NCBI GenBank assembly: GCA_039715015.1
Contig: JBDLIE010000014.1
Location: 1 to 64,000 of the forward strand
Source: Thermodesulfobacteriota bacterium
Lineage (GTDB): Bacteria > Desulfobacterota > Desulfobulbia > Desulfobulbales > SURF-16
Direction of reading: 5' to 3'
Length of the DNA: 64,000 nt
Shown in pieces: positions 8,759 to 19,472 of this stretch. Below the pieces are notes generated by a model. It had not been told where the DNA came from, did not search any database, and saw only the letters and a list, made by a program, of their open reading frames with translations. Position 1 is the stretch's first letter. Every line of letters begins with the position of its first letter. The translations under genes and the position numbers were made by a program.

Positions 8759-10510
8759 ATGGGACAATCAGTACTCTCCCAGTTTACCGACAAAAAGATT
8801 TGGGACCTCATGCGTCCTTATATAAAACGCGTTCTGGCGGCCCTTTTGTTCACTCTGGCAGCCTCAGGAGCGAGCGGGGCCATTGCCTGGTTGGTCAAGC
8901 CGGCAATCGACTCCATCTTTGTTGAGAAGAACTACGCCATGCTCACCTGGCTGCCCCTGGCAATTATCGCCACCTATCTTCTGAGGGGGAGTTGCCAGAT
9001 GATTTACTCCTACCTGATGCGTTCTGCTGGCATTAAGCTGGTACGAGACACCCGGGTTCGCCTTTACACCCATCTTCTCCACTTACCCTCCTCTGCCCTA
9101 GGTACCGAATCGTCAGGCAAGATGATTTCCAGGATTTTAAACGATGCCGCGGTCATACGCTCCCTGGTATCCGATACCCTCCTGACCATTTTCAAAGAAG
9201 TACCGACCATCGTTGTCCTCCTTGGCGTTGCGTTTTACCGACGCTGGGACGTTACCCTGCTCGCCCTGGTAGCCGTACCCGGTATTGTCACCTGTGCTAG
9301 CCGTCTGGGCAAACAGATTAAGACAAAACGAGACCAGGCTCAGCAAACTATAGCCACCTTAACCCATCGCATCAGCGAGGCGGCAACCGGTGCCAAGGTC
9401 ATCAAGGTTTTTGTCAACGAAGAGCCGATGACCAGACAATTTATCCAAGAAAGCCAGAGCAATTACCGGCGTGAAGTGAAAATTGTCCGTTTGCGGGAAA
9501 TCGCCAAACTGGTGGTGGATATATCCACCGGCATCGGTATTGGCCTGGTCATCTGGTATGGAGGCAACCTCGTGAGCAAAGGGGTGATCACCAGCGGTGA
9601 TCTTTTTTCTGCCCTGGGTGCAGTGGCCATGGTCTTTGCTCCGATAAAACATCTTGGCAACTCCTACAGCGTCTTCCAGGAGATTCGCGCCGCTGTTGAC
9701 CGCCTCTCCTGGCTAGAAAAGATGGATGAAGAAAAAAGTGGTGACCAGCCCTTGACAAGTTTCAATAGAGGTATCCGCTACCAGGATGTTTCCCATCGTT
9801 ACCGAGCTGATGGTGAGCTCATATTAAAAGATATCAACCTTACCATTCAGAAAGGTTCTGTAATAGCCATTGTCGGGGCCAGTGGCGCTGGCAAAACCAC
9901 GCTCATCGATTTGCTTCCCCGTTTTTATGATCCGGCCCAGGGTAAAATCCTTATTGACGACCAGAATATCAAAGATATCCGCCTGGCTAATCTTCGCAGC
10001 CAAATTGGTATGGTGAGCCAGGATGTCATGCTTTTTAATGATACCGTCAGAGCCAATATTAGTTTCGGCAGCCCTGATACCAGTGATGAAGATATTGAAA
10101 AGGCGGCTCGCCTGGCCTATGCCCATGACTTTATCGTAGAGCTCGAAGACGGCTACGACACCCTGCTCGGCGAACGAGGACTCAATCTTTCCGGTGGCCA
10201 GCGCCAGCGTCTGGCCATTGCCCGGGCCATTCTCAAGAACCCACCCATCCTCATTTTAGATGAGGCCACCTCGGCCCTAGACGCGGTTTCCGAACAGCTG
10301 GTCCAGAAGGCCTTAGACCAGCTCATGCAGGACAGAACAACCATTGTCGTGGCCCATCGCCTCTCCACCATCCGCAATGCTGACCGTATTGTGGTCATGG
10401 AGTTTGGCCAGATCATATCGCAGGGTAGCCACGAAGAGTTGATGGCCAAGTCGACTGTCTACCAGGATCTCTACCTTTCTTACAATAAAAGCAAAGAAAC
10501 CCATTCATGA
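8759..10510 (+). CDS. msbA: Lipid A exporter-like ABC transporter (permease plus ATPase)
   Basis: N-terminal TM domain, Walker A GASGAGKT, LSGGQRQR, ILDEATSALD, AHRLST. Lies next to waaA and kdsB. Confidence 0.8.
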   Translation: MGQSVLSQFTDKKIWDLMRPYIKRVLAALLFTLAASGASGAIAWLVKPAIDSIFVEKNYAMLTWLPLAIIATYLLRGSCQMIYSYLMRSAGIKLVRDTRVRLYTHLLHLPSSALGTESSGKMISRILNDAAVIRSLVSDTLLTIFKEVPTIVVLLGVAFYRRWDVTLLALVAVPGIVTCASRLGKQIKTKRDQAQQTIATLTHRISEAATGAKVIKVFVNEEPMTRQFIQESQSNYRREVKIVRLREIAKLVVDISTGIGIGLVIWYGGNLVSKGVITSGDLFSALGAVAMVFAPIKHLGNSYSVFQEIRAAVDRLSWLEKMDEEKSGDQPLTSFNRGIRYQDVSHRYRADGELILKDINLTIQKGSVIAIVGASGAGKTTLIDLLPRFYDPAQGKILIDDQNIKDIRLANLRSQIGMVSQDVMLFNDTVRANISFGSPDTSDEDIEKAARLAYAHDFIVELEDGYDTLLGERGLNLSGGQRQRLAIARAILKNPPILILDEATSALDAVSEQLVQKALDQLMQDRTTIVVAHRLSTIRNADRIVVMEFGQIISQGSHEELMAKSTVYQDLYLSYNKSKETHS

Positions 10511-11373
10511 CAGATTGCCATGGCACTCCACAAGAACTCCTTGACCAGGGAAACGGCCTATGGATCTTTAAAAAATGGCAGAGCCTTTTACAGGAAGCCG
10601 GCCTTCATGAATTTGCCGATTTTTCTAAGTTGACTGGCAAGGAGATGGATCGCAACCGGCGCAGCGTGGTTTATCGGCTAGCACTGGGTGCAAAAAAAGA
10701 ATTTTTTTACCTCAAGATCCACACTAATTATTATAAAAGAGGCCTCAAGACCCTGTTTCGCAAGGTGCCGTACCCCAAAATCGAGCTTGCCAATATGATT
10801 GAATATACGCGGGCCGGTCTCGGGGAGTTAGAGCCGGTAGCCTGGGGCTGGCAACCAGGCACACCAGAGGGAGACATCAGCTTCCTGCTCATAAAAGAGC
10901 TAACCGGCTATAAATCAGTGCAGGATTGGCTAAAAGACCCGGCCTGCGCCACCGCTAAACAGAGGCAGCCCTTGGCCCGGGCAGTTGCCAAAATGATAGC
11001 TATCATGCATGACCATGGCCTGGCCCATATCGATCTTTTTGCCTGGCATATCTTTGCCAAAAAAGAAGGCGACCAGTGGACTGCCCACCCCATCGACCTG
11101 GAGCGTACGAAACGTCAAGGCTGTTGGCCCTTGTCCAAGCTTATTTCTCGCCACAAGCAGGCCAATGATTTAGCAGTTCTCCATCTTACCACCCCTTGGC
11201 CCCAGACAAGTTGGAGTGAGCGCATGCGCTGCTACCACGACTACTGCAAGTTCCGAAAATTTCCCAAGGGAGACCGTTCCTTTCTTGCTCAGGTGCTGGC
11301 CATTGCCAAACACCGGGGCCGCAAGAATAAATTTCAATTTTATGGAGTCGCCGAACAACTTCGGGGCAAGTAA
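10507..11373 (+). CDS. Lipopolysaccharide kinase (Kdo/WaaP/InaA family)
   Basis: FYLKIH, MHDHGLAHIDLFAWHI, IDLER. Confidence 0.8.
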   Translation: MTDCHGTPQELLDQGNGLWIFKKWQSLLQEAGLHEFADFSKLTGKEMDRNRRSVVYRLALGAKKEFFYLKIHTNYYKRGLKTLFRKVPYPKIELANMIEYTRAGLGELEPVAWGWQPGTPEGDISFLLIKELTGYKSVQDWLKDPACATAKQRQPLARAVAKMIAIMHDHGLAHIDLFAWHIFAKKEGDQWTAHPIDLERTKRQGCWPLSKLISRHKQANDLAVLHLTTPWPQTSWSERMRCYHDYCKFRKFPKGDRSFLAQVLAIAKHRGRKNKFQFYGVAEQLRGK

Positions 11374-11404
11374 ACCCAGACCGTTGGCACCGCACCCTCC
11401 CGCA

Positions 11405-12319
11405 ATGGACAAGATGAGCTCACCTTCCACCGTCACTGTTGTTATCCCCTCTTACAACCATCAGAATTATGTCGGACAGGCTATTGAAACTGTTCTGAAC
11501 CAATCCTGGCCTGCCATCGACCTCATTGTCATTGATGACGGTTCAACGGACAACAGCGTCTCTGTCATTAATGACATACTAAATAGACGTGGCGGCTTTC
11601 GTTTTGTCCATGGCCATCCGAACCAGGGCCTGATGAATTCCCTTAATATGGGCCTTGAGATGGCTAGAGGCGACTTTTTCTGCGAGCTTGCCTCTGACGA
11701 TTTCTTACCTGAAGACAGCATTGAGAAAAGAGCCCTTTTCTTAGAAAAAAATCAAGACCATGTGGCTGTCTTTACAGACGGCCTTTCTGTCCAGGCCACC
11801 TCTCTTACTGGCCAGACAATTCTTGACGACAAGAGGCGTCTTCTCTTTAGCCAGGATGACCCGATCCCTTCACTCCTGCAAGGAATCTTACCGGTCTTTG
11901 CCACCGGTCTTTTCCGCACCAAGACCGTGAAGGATCTTGGCGGTTTCGACCCCAGCTTTCGTTGCTATGAAGATCTGGAGATGCCAGTGCTTCTCTGCAA
12001 GGCAGGCAAGATAGGCCAGCTCACAGCCCCCCTTTTTTGCCGCCGAGAACATGGCACCAACACCTCCACCAGCACTACCACCATCAAGTCCGACAAGATC
12101 CACTGGTACAAGAAACTCCTGCACAACCCGAATTTCGCAAAATACTCCCCCATCCTGCACAAAGAGTTACGACGGGCCTATCTCCGACTGGGGCGTCACC
12201 TCAGCGAAACAAACGGCGGCACAGCCCACGAACACGAACTGTTCAAAGGAGCATGGCCATACGTCTATAAAGACATACGGCTGTTGTATCATCTGCTGAA
12301 ATGCTGGAGAAAGTCCTGA
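11405..12319 (+). CDS. GT2 glycosyltransferase
   Basis: VVIPSYNH, IDDGSTD, LASDD and ED motifs. Confidence 0.9.
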   Translation: MDKMSSPSTVTVVIPSYNHQNYVGQAIETVLNQSWPAIDLIVIDDGSTDNSVSVINDILNRRGGFRFVHGHPNQGLMNSLNMGLEMARGDFFCELASDDFLPEDSIEKRALFLEKNQDHVAVFTDGLSVQATSLTGQTILDDKRRLLFSQDDPIPSLLQGILPVFATGLFRTKTVKDLGGFDPSFRCYEDLEMPVLLCKAGKIGQLTAPLFCRREHGTNTSTSTTTIKSDKIHWYKKLLHNPNFAKYSPILHKELRRAYLRLGRHLSETNGGTAHEHELFKGAWPYVYKDIRLLYHLLKCWRKS

Positions 12320-12349
12320 TAGATTATCAAGAAAGGGAGTGACAAAAAA

Positions 12350-12928
12350 TCAAGCTGTCCCTTTCGGCAGATCGATCTTTTTGATGACCCGGGCCGGATT
12401 ACCAACAGCCACAGAATAAGGAGGAATGTTTTTTGTCACCACGGCATTAGCGCCAATCACTGAACGCTCGCCGATCCGTACCCCTTTTAGAACAACGCAG
12501 CCATAGCCCAGCCAGCAACCATCCTCTATGATGACCGGAGCAAAACGCAACTCCCTGACGGCGGAGGGAGTTTTTGTCGGGTGGTCAAGGATATGATCAT
12601 GGTCTGTAACGAGAACATTAGCTGCTATTAGCACATCATTACCGATAATAATTTTATCACAAGCTACAACCTGACATCCCTGTTGCAAGCTTGTCCGGTC
12701 ACCAATATAAAGTCGAACTTCAACTGGATCCTTGCTGACTCTTTTTAAGGTTTCTAAGCGAGAACCACTCCCAATAAATACATCATCTCCAATAGATATA
12801 CCTTTTCGGTTGTGCCACGTTATATTCTTGCCAATCAATACCCCTTTGCCTAACTTTGCCAACTGAGGAGAAAGGTAGATGCGGCGTAGAAGCCTGGGAA
12901 AATATCCTATTATTTTTTTTATTTTCAC
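12350..12928 (-). CDS. Hexapeptide-repeat sugar O-acyltransferase
   Basis: Left-handed beta-helix repeats, TDHDH, IGANAVVTKNIP, GNPARV. Confidence 0.9.
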   Translation of the reverse strand: MKIKKIIGYFPRLLRRIYLSPQLAKLGKGVLIGKNITWHNRKGISIGDDVFIGSGSRLETLKRVSKDPVEVRLYIGDRTSLQQGCQVVACDKIIIGNDVLIAANVLVTDHDHILDHPTKTPSAVRELRFAPVIIEDGCWLGYGCVVLKGVRIGERSVIGANAVVTKNIPPYSVAVGNPARVIKKIDLPKGTA

Positions 12929-12964
12929 TTCTGTAATTCCACCCTTTGAAATCGCTTTACCTGT

Positions 12965-14107
12965 TTATATACTGGTGAGGCCATTATAGAGAGCGTCCAT
13001 ATGGTCAAGCATACTCTGGGCGGCAAAGCGCTTGACATGTCCACTCACATGATCAACAGCTTGCCGATACTCCTCATCAGACCATGACACCACCTTTGCC
13101 ATAGCTGCCCCTAACTCTTTATCATTTTGTGCCGGCACCAGAAAGGTATGTCCCTTACCTGTCAACTCAGTGAGAATTTCCGGAATGCCACCGACGCGAC
13201 TGGCCACTGCCGGGAGACCAGCAGCCAAGGCCTCCACAAGTGCCAAGCCAAAACCTTCATGGAGCGACGGCATAACAAAACCGTCCAAGGCCTTAAGAAA
13301 CTTTGGCACCTCGCTGATTTGCCCCAAGAAGCTTATCTGGCCGTCAATGCCCAATTCCACGGCCAAGGCGGCCAGGTGGTCATGGAGATCACCATCACCA
13401 GCCAGGGCAAGGTGGCAGCCCAATTTCCCCAACCCCGCTCCGGCCCAGGCCTTCAGCAGGGTCTCGTGGCCCTTGACAGGGGCCAGTCGTCCCACTGCCC
13501 CCCAGATCCAGGCCTTTTCCGGTAGGAAGAAATGAGCCCGAGCCTCCTTCTTGTCGAGACCGGCGTTCTTAAAGCGCTCAATATTAACACCATTATAGAC
13601 CACCTCAACCCGTTCGCCGGGGAACCAGGGGTTCTCCTTGAGGATATCCCTTTTTACCGCCTCGGAAACGGCAATGATCTTGTTAACACGGGGCCAAAGC
13701 AATCTATTACTTATCATACGCACCACACCCCTGGAACGTTTCAGACCATGCACCGAAGAAACAACCTTAAGCCCGGCATGTTTCCTGGCTGTCAAGGCCG
13801 CATAAAAGGTGGCCTTATGACGATGGGCATGGATGATGTCCACTTGATTTTCTTCAATAATTTCCGAGAGCTGTTTTGTGGCACCACCGCTGAATCTCCG
13901 CAGGTCTTTCTTCTTATAACCCAGCCAGCGCACATCATAGCCGGCATCATGGAGTACCTCTTGGGCCGGCGGCTCGCCGGTCATATAGCAGACTATATGG
14001 TGGTAGCCATCGGTAAGGCCCATGACGACCTGGTTAAAGAGCTCATAGTCACCCTTAAAACTGCTCCAGAGGTGGAGAATGGTTATTTTATTATTATTTT
14101 CTTTCAC
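12965..14107 (-). CDS. GT4 glycosyltransferase
   Basis: VGRLAPVKG, PSLHEGFGLALVEA, SRVGGIPE. Confidence 0.9.
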   Translation of the reverse strand: MKENNNKITILHLWSSFKGDYELFNQVVMGLTDGYHHIVCYMTGEPPAQEVLHDAGYDVRWLGYKKKDLRRFSGGATKQLSEIIEENQVDIIHAHRHKATFYAALTARKHAGLKVVSSVHGLKRSRGVVRMISNRLLWPRVNKIIAVSEAVKRDILKENPWFPGERVEVVYNGVNIERFKNAGLDKKEARAHFFLPEKAWIWGAVGRLAPVKGHETLLKAWAGAGLGKLGCHLALAGDGDLHDHLAALAVELGIDGQISFLGQISEVPKFLKALDGFVMPSLHEGFGLALVEALAAGLPAVASRVGGIPEILTELTGKGHTFLVPAQNDKELGAAMAKVVSWSDEEYRQAVDHVSGHVKRFAAQSMLDHMDALYNGLTSI

Positions 14108-14222
14108 TTATAAACCTGTACAAAAAAGAAATCTTCAACACCTAGCAAACTCTGCAGAAGCCTTAGCATTCTGCCGAAATCCGGTCAAGTGACAAAAAAA
14201 CACCAATACTGTCCGCAGTTCT

Positions 14223-15116
14223 TCAAAAGGCGAGCCAGGATCGCAGATATTTGCGCAGATAACTCCACTTAGAAATATGGGCCGGATAAATGTTGATGGC
14301 CTTGGCGAATGCCTCCCGAGCCTCTTTGTAACGCCCTGCATAATAGAGGGAACGAAAAAGACTCAGGCCCCGGCTGGAGACGAACTCATCTTTAAAGGGC
14401 ATATATTCCTGGGGTAAGATGTCCGGATCAAAGAGGAGATCAGCGATGAGAGCGCTGGTGGCCCTGATTGACTCAACATTGTGGCGGCAACTCTCTTTGC
14501 GTTTATGGATGATCACCGCGTATCCATCAATAGCCTGGCATTTGTAGAGGGCAAGAATCTGGGCAAAGAAAACGACATCCTCGTTATTACGGATGGTTTC
14601 CGGATAGTGCAAGCGTGCAAAGATGTCCCGTTTCATAACCCCTTCGCCTTGGGAAAGGCCGAAACGCCCTCTGATGTAATCACAGAAATTATCCAGGTTG
14701 CCAGGAGAAAAGGGCCGCCTTCCATGCTTTTTCTTTTTGCCCTGTTCATCTAGAGAATAATGGCCAGCCCATAAAAAATCTGCCTGATCATATTTTTCTA
14801 TCTGTGCAGCAAAAAGAGCAAGCGCTCCGGGGAGGAGTTCATCGTCATCGTCAAGAAAGAGCAGATACCTGCCGCTGCCCAGCTCCACCCCTTGGTTGCG
14901 GGCAGCTCCGGGCCCACTGTTTTTCTGGCTTAACGAATGGACCTTGCCATTTTCTTTCTCCACCAAACCCGCAATGACCTGTGGGGTGGAATCCGTTGAG
15001 CCATCATCAACAATGATCACCTCAAAATCGTCAAAGCTCTGCTTAAGAACTGAGTTTACGGACCGTTCAAGAAAACGGGCACCATTATGGGTGGGGATAA
15101 TCACTGAAAAAAGCAT
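14223..15116 (-). CDS. GT2 glycosyltransferase
   Basis: SVIIPTHN, VDDGSTD, ARNQG, FLDDDD. Confidence 0.9.
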   Translation of the reverse strand: MLFSVIIPTHNGARFLERSVNSVLKQSFDDFEVIIVDDGSTDSTPQVIAGLVEKENGKVHSLSQKNSGPGAARNQGVELGSGRYLLFLDDDDELLPGALALFAAQIEKYDQADFLWAGHYSLDEQGKKKKHGRRPFSPGNLDNFCDYIRGRFGLSQGEGVMKRDIFARLHYPETIRNNEDVVFFAQILALYKCQAIDGYAVIIHKRKESCRHNVESIRATSALIADLLFDPDILPQEYMPFKDEFVSSRGLSLFRSLYYAGRYKEAREAFAKAINIYPAHISKWSYLRKYLRSWLAF

Positions 15117-15119
15117 ATT

Positions 15120-16730
15120 TCACGCCTCCCATATTCCCAGGACATCGATATCCGGCCTACCGTGGCGAGCCAGGGCCTTCTTAATATGGGGAGTGATTTT
15201 CTTCTGGACGAACGCGCCATCCAACACTCGCATATTGCTGTATTCTTTAACAAATTGTCGAACTTCAGCCGCTGCCAAACCATGCTCCAGCATATCCACC
15301 ACAAAGCGGCTGACATCTTTTACTATTGCGCGCCCTAAGGGGGCCTTCACCTGCCCCGCCCCATCAAGATCAATAAAGAGCAAATCGCCTCTTTCCTCAT
15401 CCACCATGATATTTGCCCATTTGGTATCACCATGACAATAACCGTTGTTATGAAGCCGGGACAGATAAAAGGCAATACGTGAAAAAAACTTCTCACGGCA
15501 AAGTCGGGAAATGAGTTCAGGCCGTTCTTTGGATATTGTCAGCAGGTCTCGTTTGCCCCCAGCATAGTCGCTAAAGAAATAACTCTCCCGCCGCCACGGC
15601 CCACATCCTGCCAGAAGATAACCTAAGGGAGGGGCAATGGGGATTTCCAGAGCCTGGAAGATAGACGACATCTGCCAGAGACGAGGGGCACGCTCAAGAC
15701 GAAACCAGGCCTTTAAGAGAGAGAGAACGCCCCGGCCCAGGAACCTCTTGGCAACCACCATACCATCTGGACAGGAAAGCACCTTGACCTGGATCTCTTT
15801 ATCATCCTTGCAAAATTCTCCCTGCCTAAACCAATGGCTAAGATCAACGCCTGCCTCGATCTGCTGACCAAGAACGGTTTGCCCGTCGTACCAGCCTGTG
15901 CCCTGTGATGAGTCGATCCTAACGGCGCCACTGAGGTCGTCTTTGACATTATAATAAAGAATTCTCTGGCGGCTCCGGCCCATTACCTTTGTAAAAAGCT
16001 TCCTCCGCTCCACGCCATGATGAAAACGGGGATACTCCTGGCCATATGAATTAAACAGGCGAAGAAGATCGCTGCGGGTCAAGACATGACCACTGCAGAT
16101 GGAAAACTGAATAAGGTTAATGATAATGTTGGCCATCGGGACCTGCCGCCACATCTTATTGCTTTCATTATCGATGAAGCAAAAGACAAATCCCTCTTTT
16201 TCTTCTCGGACAAGAAGATTGTCCTGGCGCAGATCGCCATGACTGATACCCGCACTATGCAGTTTACCTATGAGGCTGCCAGCCTCCTGCAGGAGCCGCC
16301 TCTTTCGGAGAAGTTGATCGCTGCTTAATGAACCCGAAAAATGGCTCTTCAAAAACTGAAAAAACCCACTGCCTGCAAAGCCGGCAGTGAGAAGAAAATC
16401 GTTTCTTCTCCCCCGTCCCCAACATAAAACAGCAGGGCTTTCCAGGCCCGCAGCCTTCAGCATAGCGCTCTGCTGCCGGGCTCGCTGGCAACGGCTGCCC
16501 CGCACCAGACTTTTTATTTTCTCAAAGGGGCTTCGCGGCAGAAATTCCTTATAAAATACAAAAGGCTCTGTTGCGGTTGCCGCAACCACGGTATCTTTTG
16601 AACTGGCTACCCATTGCCAGCCTTCCGGCAATCTGCCTTGGAGTAAAACCTCAATTTCCTGCCGGTACTTCCGGGCCCTCTCACCATAAACAGAAGACAG
16701 GGTGTCAGGCTTTTTTTCGGCTATCCCCAT
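15120..16730 (-). CDS. Tandem two-domain Kdo/WaaP-family kinase
   Basis: Two catalytic motif sets: HGDLRQDN..IDNE and HGDTKWAN..IDLD. Confidence 0.8.
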   Translation of the reverse strand: MGIAEKKPDTLSSVYGERARKYRQEIEVLLQGRLPEGWQWVASSKDTVVAATATEPFVFYKEFLPRSPFEKIKSLVRGSRCQRARQQSAMLKAAGLESPAVLCWGRGRRNDFLLTAGFAGSGFFQFLKSHFSGSLSSDQLLRKRRLLQEAGSLIGKLHSAGISHGDLRQDNLLVREEKEGFVFCFIDNESNKMWRQVPMANIIINLIQFSICSGHVLTRSDLLRLFNSYGQEYPRFHHGVERRKLFTKVMGRSRQRILYYNVKDDLSGAVRIDSSQGTGWYDGQTVLGQQIEAGVDLSHWFRQGEFCKDDKEIQVKVLSCPDGMVVAKRFLGRGVLSLLKAWFRLERAPRLWQMSSIFQALEIPIAPPLGYLLAGCGPWRRESYFFSDYAGGKRDLLTISKERPELISRLCREKFFSRIAFYLSRLHNNGYCHGDTKWANIMVDEERGDLLFIDLDGAGQVKAPLGRAIVKDVSRFVVDMLEHGLAAAEVRQFVKEYSNMRVLDGAFVQKKITPHIKKALARHGRPDIDVLGIWEA

Positions 16731-16766
16731 AAAAATTGTCAGATATCAATGATTAGCTAAAGAAAT

Positions 16767-17264
16767 TTAGAAGAGCTTGTGCCACTCTTCGACTTCGCTC
16801 TCAAGAACAACACCAAGACTTTTGGCATAGGCACTGAGCCTTTCCTGACTGCAGTTCACGCAGCACACCTCTCCCTTACAAACAACGGCATCATACTCAT
16901 GCTTGATAAAATTAACCAGGGCCTTTGCGGCCTGGGCTTGTACTTGGGAGATGTCAATATTTTCCTGATTGGCATATGATTTCAGACGCTGCCAGTTATC
17001 AGCACTGCGTTCTAAGCCGCGATAAATAGACATGCTTTTATTTTCAGGGCATAAATCACGGAGAACAATGGCATTATAACGCCGCACCACTGCTCTTTTG
17101 AGAATGCTAACTTCCTCTTGGCTCAAAGTAAGACAGGGCCCTTCATCATCCTTTGTCAGATAATAGAGTGCGCTGTGAAAAGCAACCTCAGGCATCTCAC
17201 CGCCATCGGCTAGCATGAATGCTTCATCATCTATTAACTCCTGACGGGGGACATCGTCACTCAT
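16767..17264 (-). CDS. Hypothetical protein
   Basis: 165 aa ORF with normal composition, co-directional with the LPS operon; no family recognised. Confidence 0.7.
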   Translation of the reverse strand: MSDDVPRQELIDDEAFMLADGGEMPEVAFHSALYYLTKDDEGPCLTLSQEEVSILKRAVVRRYNAIVLRDLCPENKSMSIYRGLERSADNWQRLKSYANQENIDISQVQAQAAKALVNFIKHEYDAVVCKGEVCCVNCSQERLSAYAKSLGVVLESEVEEWHKLF

Positions 17265-17509
17265 GACTCGACAACTCTCTTGTGATAATAACTTTCGACC
17301 AATATGGGGATAGCGGCGCTTTTCCGCTGACTAAAGCTGGAATTATCCAGCCATGCGAAAAGCATTTACTCTCCGCAAGCTAAACGTGCTACACTTTTTT
17401 TAGAAACCGTTGGCAGGCCACATCTTGTAGCCAAAGGGCCCTTTGAGCACCACATGTGGCCTAAAGCCAATCTACTTATGTCTTTTTTATTAATATCGCA
17501 GCTTTTAGT

Positions 17510-17537
17510 TAAAGCTGTTGGCGAATTGGGCCGATGA
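17510..17537 (+). promoter_or_regulatory. Putative sigma-28 (FliA) promoter
   Basis: TAAA-N16-GCCGATGA, close to the TAAA-N15/16-GCCGATAA consensus, about 90 bp upstream of an FlgO-like gene. Confidence 0.5.
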
Positions 17538-17629
17538 CAAGATAGAAATTTGATTTTTTTTCGCCACTGCCCATTTTTTACCAGAGCAGCACATTTGGCC
17601 AATCCTCTCTATTAAGGAAGACAAAGGTT

Positions 17630-18265
17630 ATGTTAAGGCGCCTCTCCAACATACTGTTTTTCTTGTGCATCGCCTCTCTACCGGCCTGCACTGCTTTTAA
17701 CCAAAAAACCACGCCTCTGGCCACCAAACCAGCCATTGCTCCGCACCAGGAGGCAACCGGCCTTGTCCTTTCCATTGAGGCCATGGCTGCTGAACTCCTG
17801 ACGAACATGGCCGACCCAGACCCAGACAGCGGCGATATGGCCAATGGCCTGGTTGTGACAACCTTTGTCGAGAGCAGCAAGCTGCACAAAACTTCATCTT
17901 TTGGCCGCTATCTTTCAGAACAACTGATGAACGAATTCCAGCGCCACGCCTTTACCGTGGTTGAAATCCGCAAATCAACCTCTATCCGCGTTGAGGAAAA
18001 AAAAGGTGAATTCGGCCTGGCCAGGATTGAGGAAGAAATAGCACCGACAGTAAAAGCCGATGCCATGCTCACCGGCACCTATTTTGTCGGCAATGAGGAT
18101 ATCATTGTCACCGCCCGTATTTTAAACAATAAGACCGCTGCCCTGCTGGCAAGCTCAACGGTTATCTTTCCCAAAAACAGCTTAACCGGTCGCATGCTGG
18201 CGGACACTACCTCGGCAAACAAGGCTGCCCCGCCCCCCTTGTACTTAAAGCGGCTTGAGATTTAA
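17630..18265 (+). CDS. FlgO-family outer-membrane lipoprotein
   Basis: Lipobox-like LPAC. VVTTFV, TSSFGRYLSEQL, GEFGLAR, LTGTY, VTARI are FlgO-type motifs. Confidence 0.75.
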   Translation: MLRRLSNILFFLCIASLPACTAFNQKTTPLATKPAIAPHQEATGLVLSIEAMAAELLTNMADPDPDSGDMANGLVVTTFVESSKLHKTSSFGRYLSEQLMNEFQRHAFTVVEIRKSTSIRVEEKKGEFGLARIEEEIAPTVKADAMLTGTYFVGNEDIIVTARILNNKTAALLASSTVIFPKNSLTGRMLADTTSANKAAPPPLYLKRLEI

Positions 18266-18491
18266 AAGGATCGTAAAAGATAATGCGTTCTGAACGCTGA
18301 GCCGCCACCAGGCGGCTCGGCTTTATTGTTTCAAGAATTTGTAGCCATGCTCCCTAGCCATTACCGCAAAGGAACAAGGGCTCATACACAGGCCATGTCA
18401 TGCACGTTTATGCTGCCCCATGATACCTGGTAACAATAAAAAAATTACACCACATGCAGTTCATCTGCCTGCACCACATTGGGAGGACACA

Positions 18492-19463
18492 ATGAAAAAA
18501 AGAATCACTAAGGTATTTGCCGCGATCTCTCTGGTTTCACTGACCGGACTGGGCTGCTCACCGCTGATGGCCCAAGGAAATCACGGCCAAATAGCCGTCC
18601 AGATTAATGTTCCCCCGATCCAGACGGCCCAGGCCGATCCAACCATGGCCATCCTGCCGGAATCAGAAGCAGCACAAAAAGCACCGATCATGAGAAAAGA
18701 TGCCCCAGAAGAGAGGGAACAGACTGCCATTATTCCGGGCGCTCCCTATCCAGACCCACCAAGTAAGACGGCACCAGCATCTAAGCCGGGCATTGCTACC
18801 CAGCCTCCCCAGGGTGGCCCTGAATCCAGACTCAATTACGGTGCGCCAAGTGCTTATCTTGATCTTGCTGAAGAAGAGGCACGCCATCAGCAACGTCGCA
18901 GTCGTTACACCCCTGGCCGCTACCGGGTCTATCACTATATGCCTGATGCCTCTAGGACCATGGGCACCGAGGCCCTTCTCTCCGAGCTTTCTCGCGAGGT
19001 GGCAGGAAAGGTTTTCTATGGTCTCAAGGATGACGGCGAGAAAAACTATTCCGCACGGGTCGCCATTGTCGGCGCTGTGCCCCTTGCCGACCTAAAAAGG
19101 GAAACCGAGTTCGGCAGAATGATGGCCGAGTATCTCCTCACCGACCTTTCCGACCGGGGCCTTAAAGTCACCGAGCTCCGCCTGGGTAAAGAAATTAACA
19201 TCCTGGCCCAGACGGGCGAATTCATCCTGTCCCGCAATATCAATGAACTGGCCAACAACAACCAGGAGCTTGATTATGTGGTTGTCTCCACCTTTTCAAA
19301 CACCAGGAAAACCTTGGTCTTACAAGGTCGTCTGGTCAGTCTGAAAAATGGAATTATAAAAACTGCCTGGCGCTATACCCTGCCTCTAAACAGAGAACTG
19401 CTCGGCCTTTTCCACTCCATTGACCAGCCTTACACTATCGCTGTCAAGGGAATGGCAAACTAG
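18492..19463 (+). CDS. FlgO-family protein with Pro-rich N-terminal linker
   Basis: Signal peptide (LGC). TEFGRMMAEYL, GEFILSRN, VVSTFS, GRLV. SD GGAGG precedes the ATG at 18492. Confidence 0.7.
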   Translation: MKKRITKVFAAISLVSLTGLGCSPLMAQGNHGQIAVQINVPPIQTAQADPTMAILPESEAAQKAPIMRKDAPEEREQTAIIPGAPYPDPPSKTAPASKPGIATQPPQGGPESRLNYGAPSAYLDLAEEEARHQQRRSRYTPGRYRVYHYMPDASRTMGTEALLSELSREVAGKVFYGLKDDGEKNYSARVAIVGAVPLADLKRETEFGRMMAEYLLTDLSDRGLKVTELRLGKEINILAQTGEFILSRNINELANNNQELDYVVVSTFSNTRKTLVLQGRLVSLKNGIIKTAWRYTLPLNRELLGLFHSIDQPYTIAVKGMAN

Positions 19464-19472
19464 GAGAACACC

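Noticed and set aside
11216..11404. N-terminal ORF extensions (also 33877-34044, 60815-60925)
   Set aside because: They overlap upstream genes; domain homology begins at the later ATGs.
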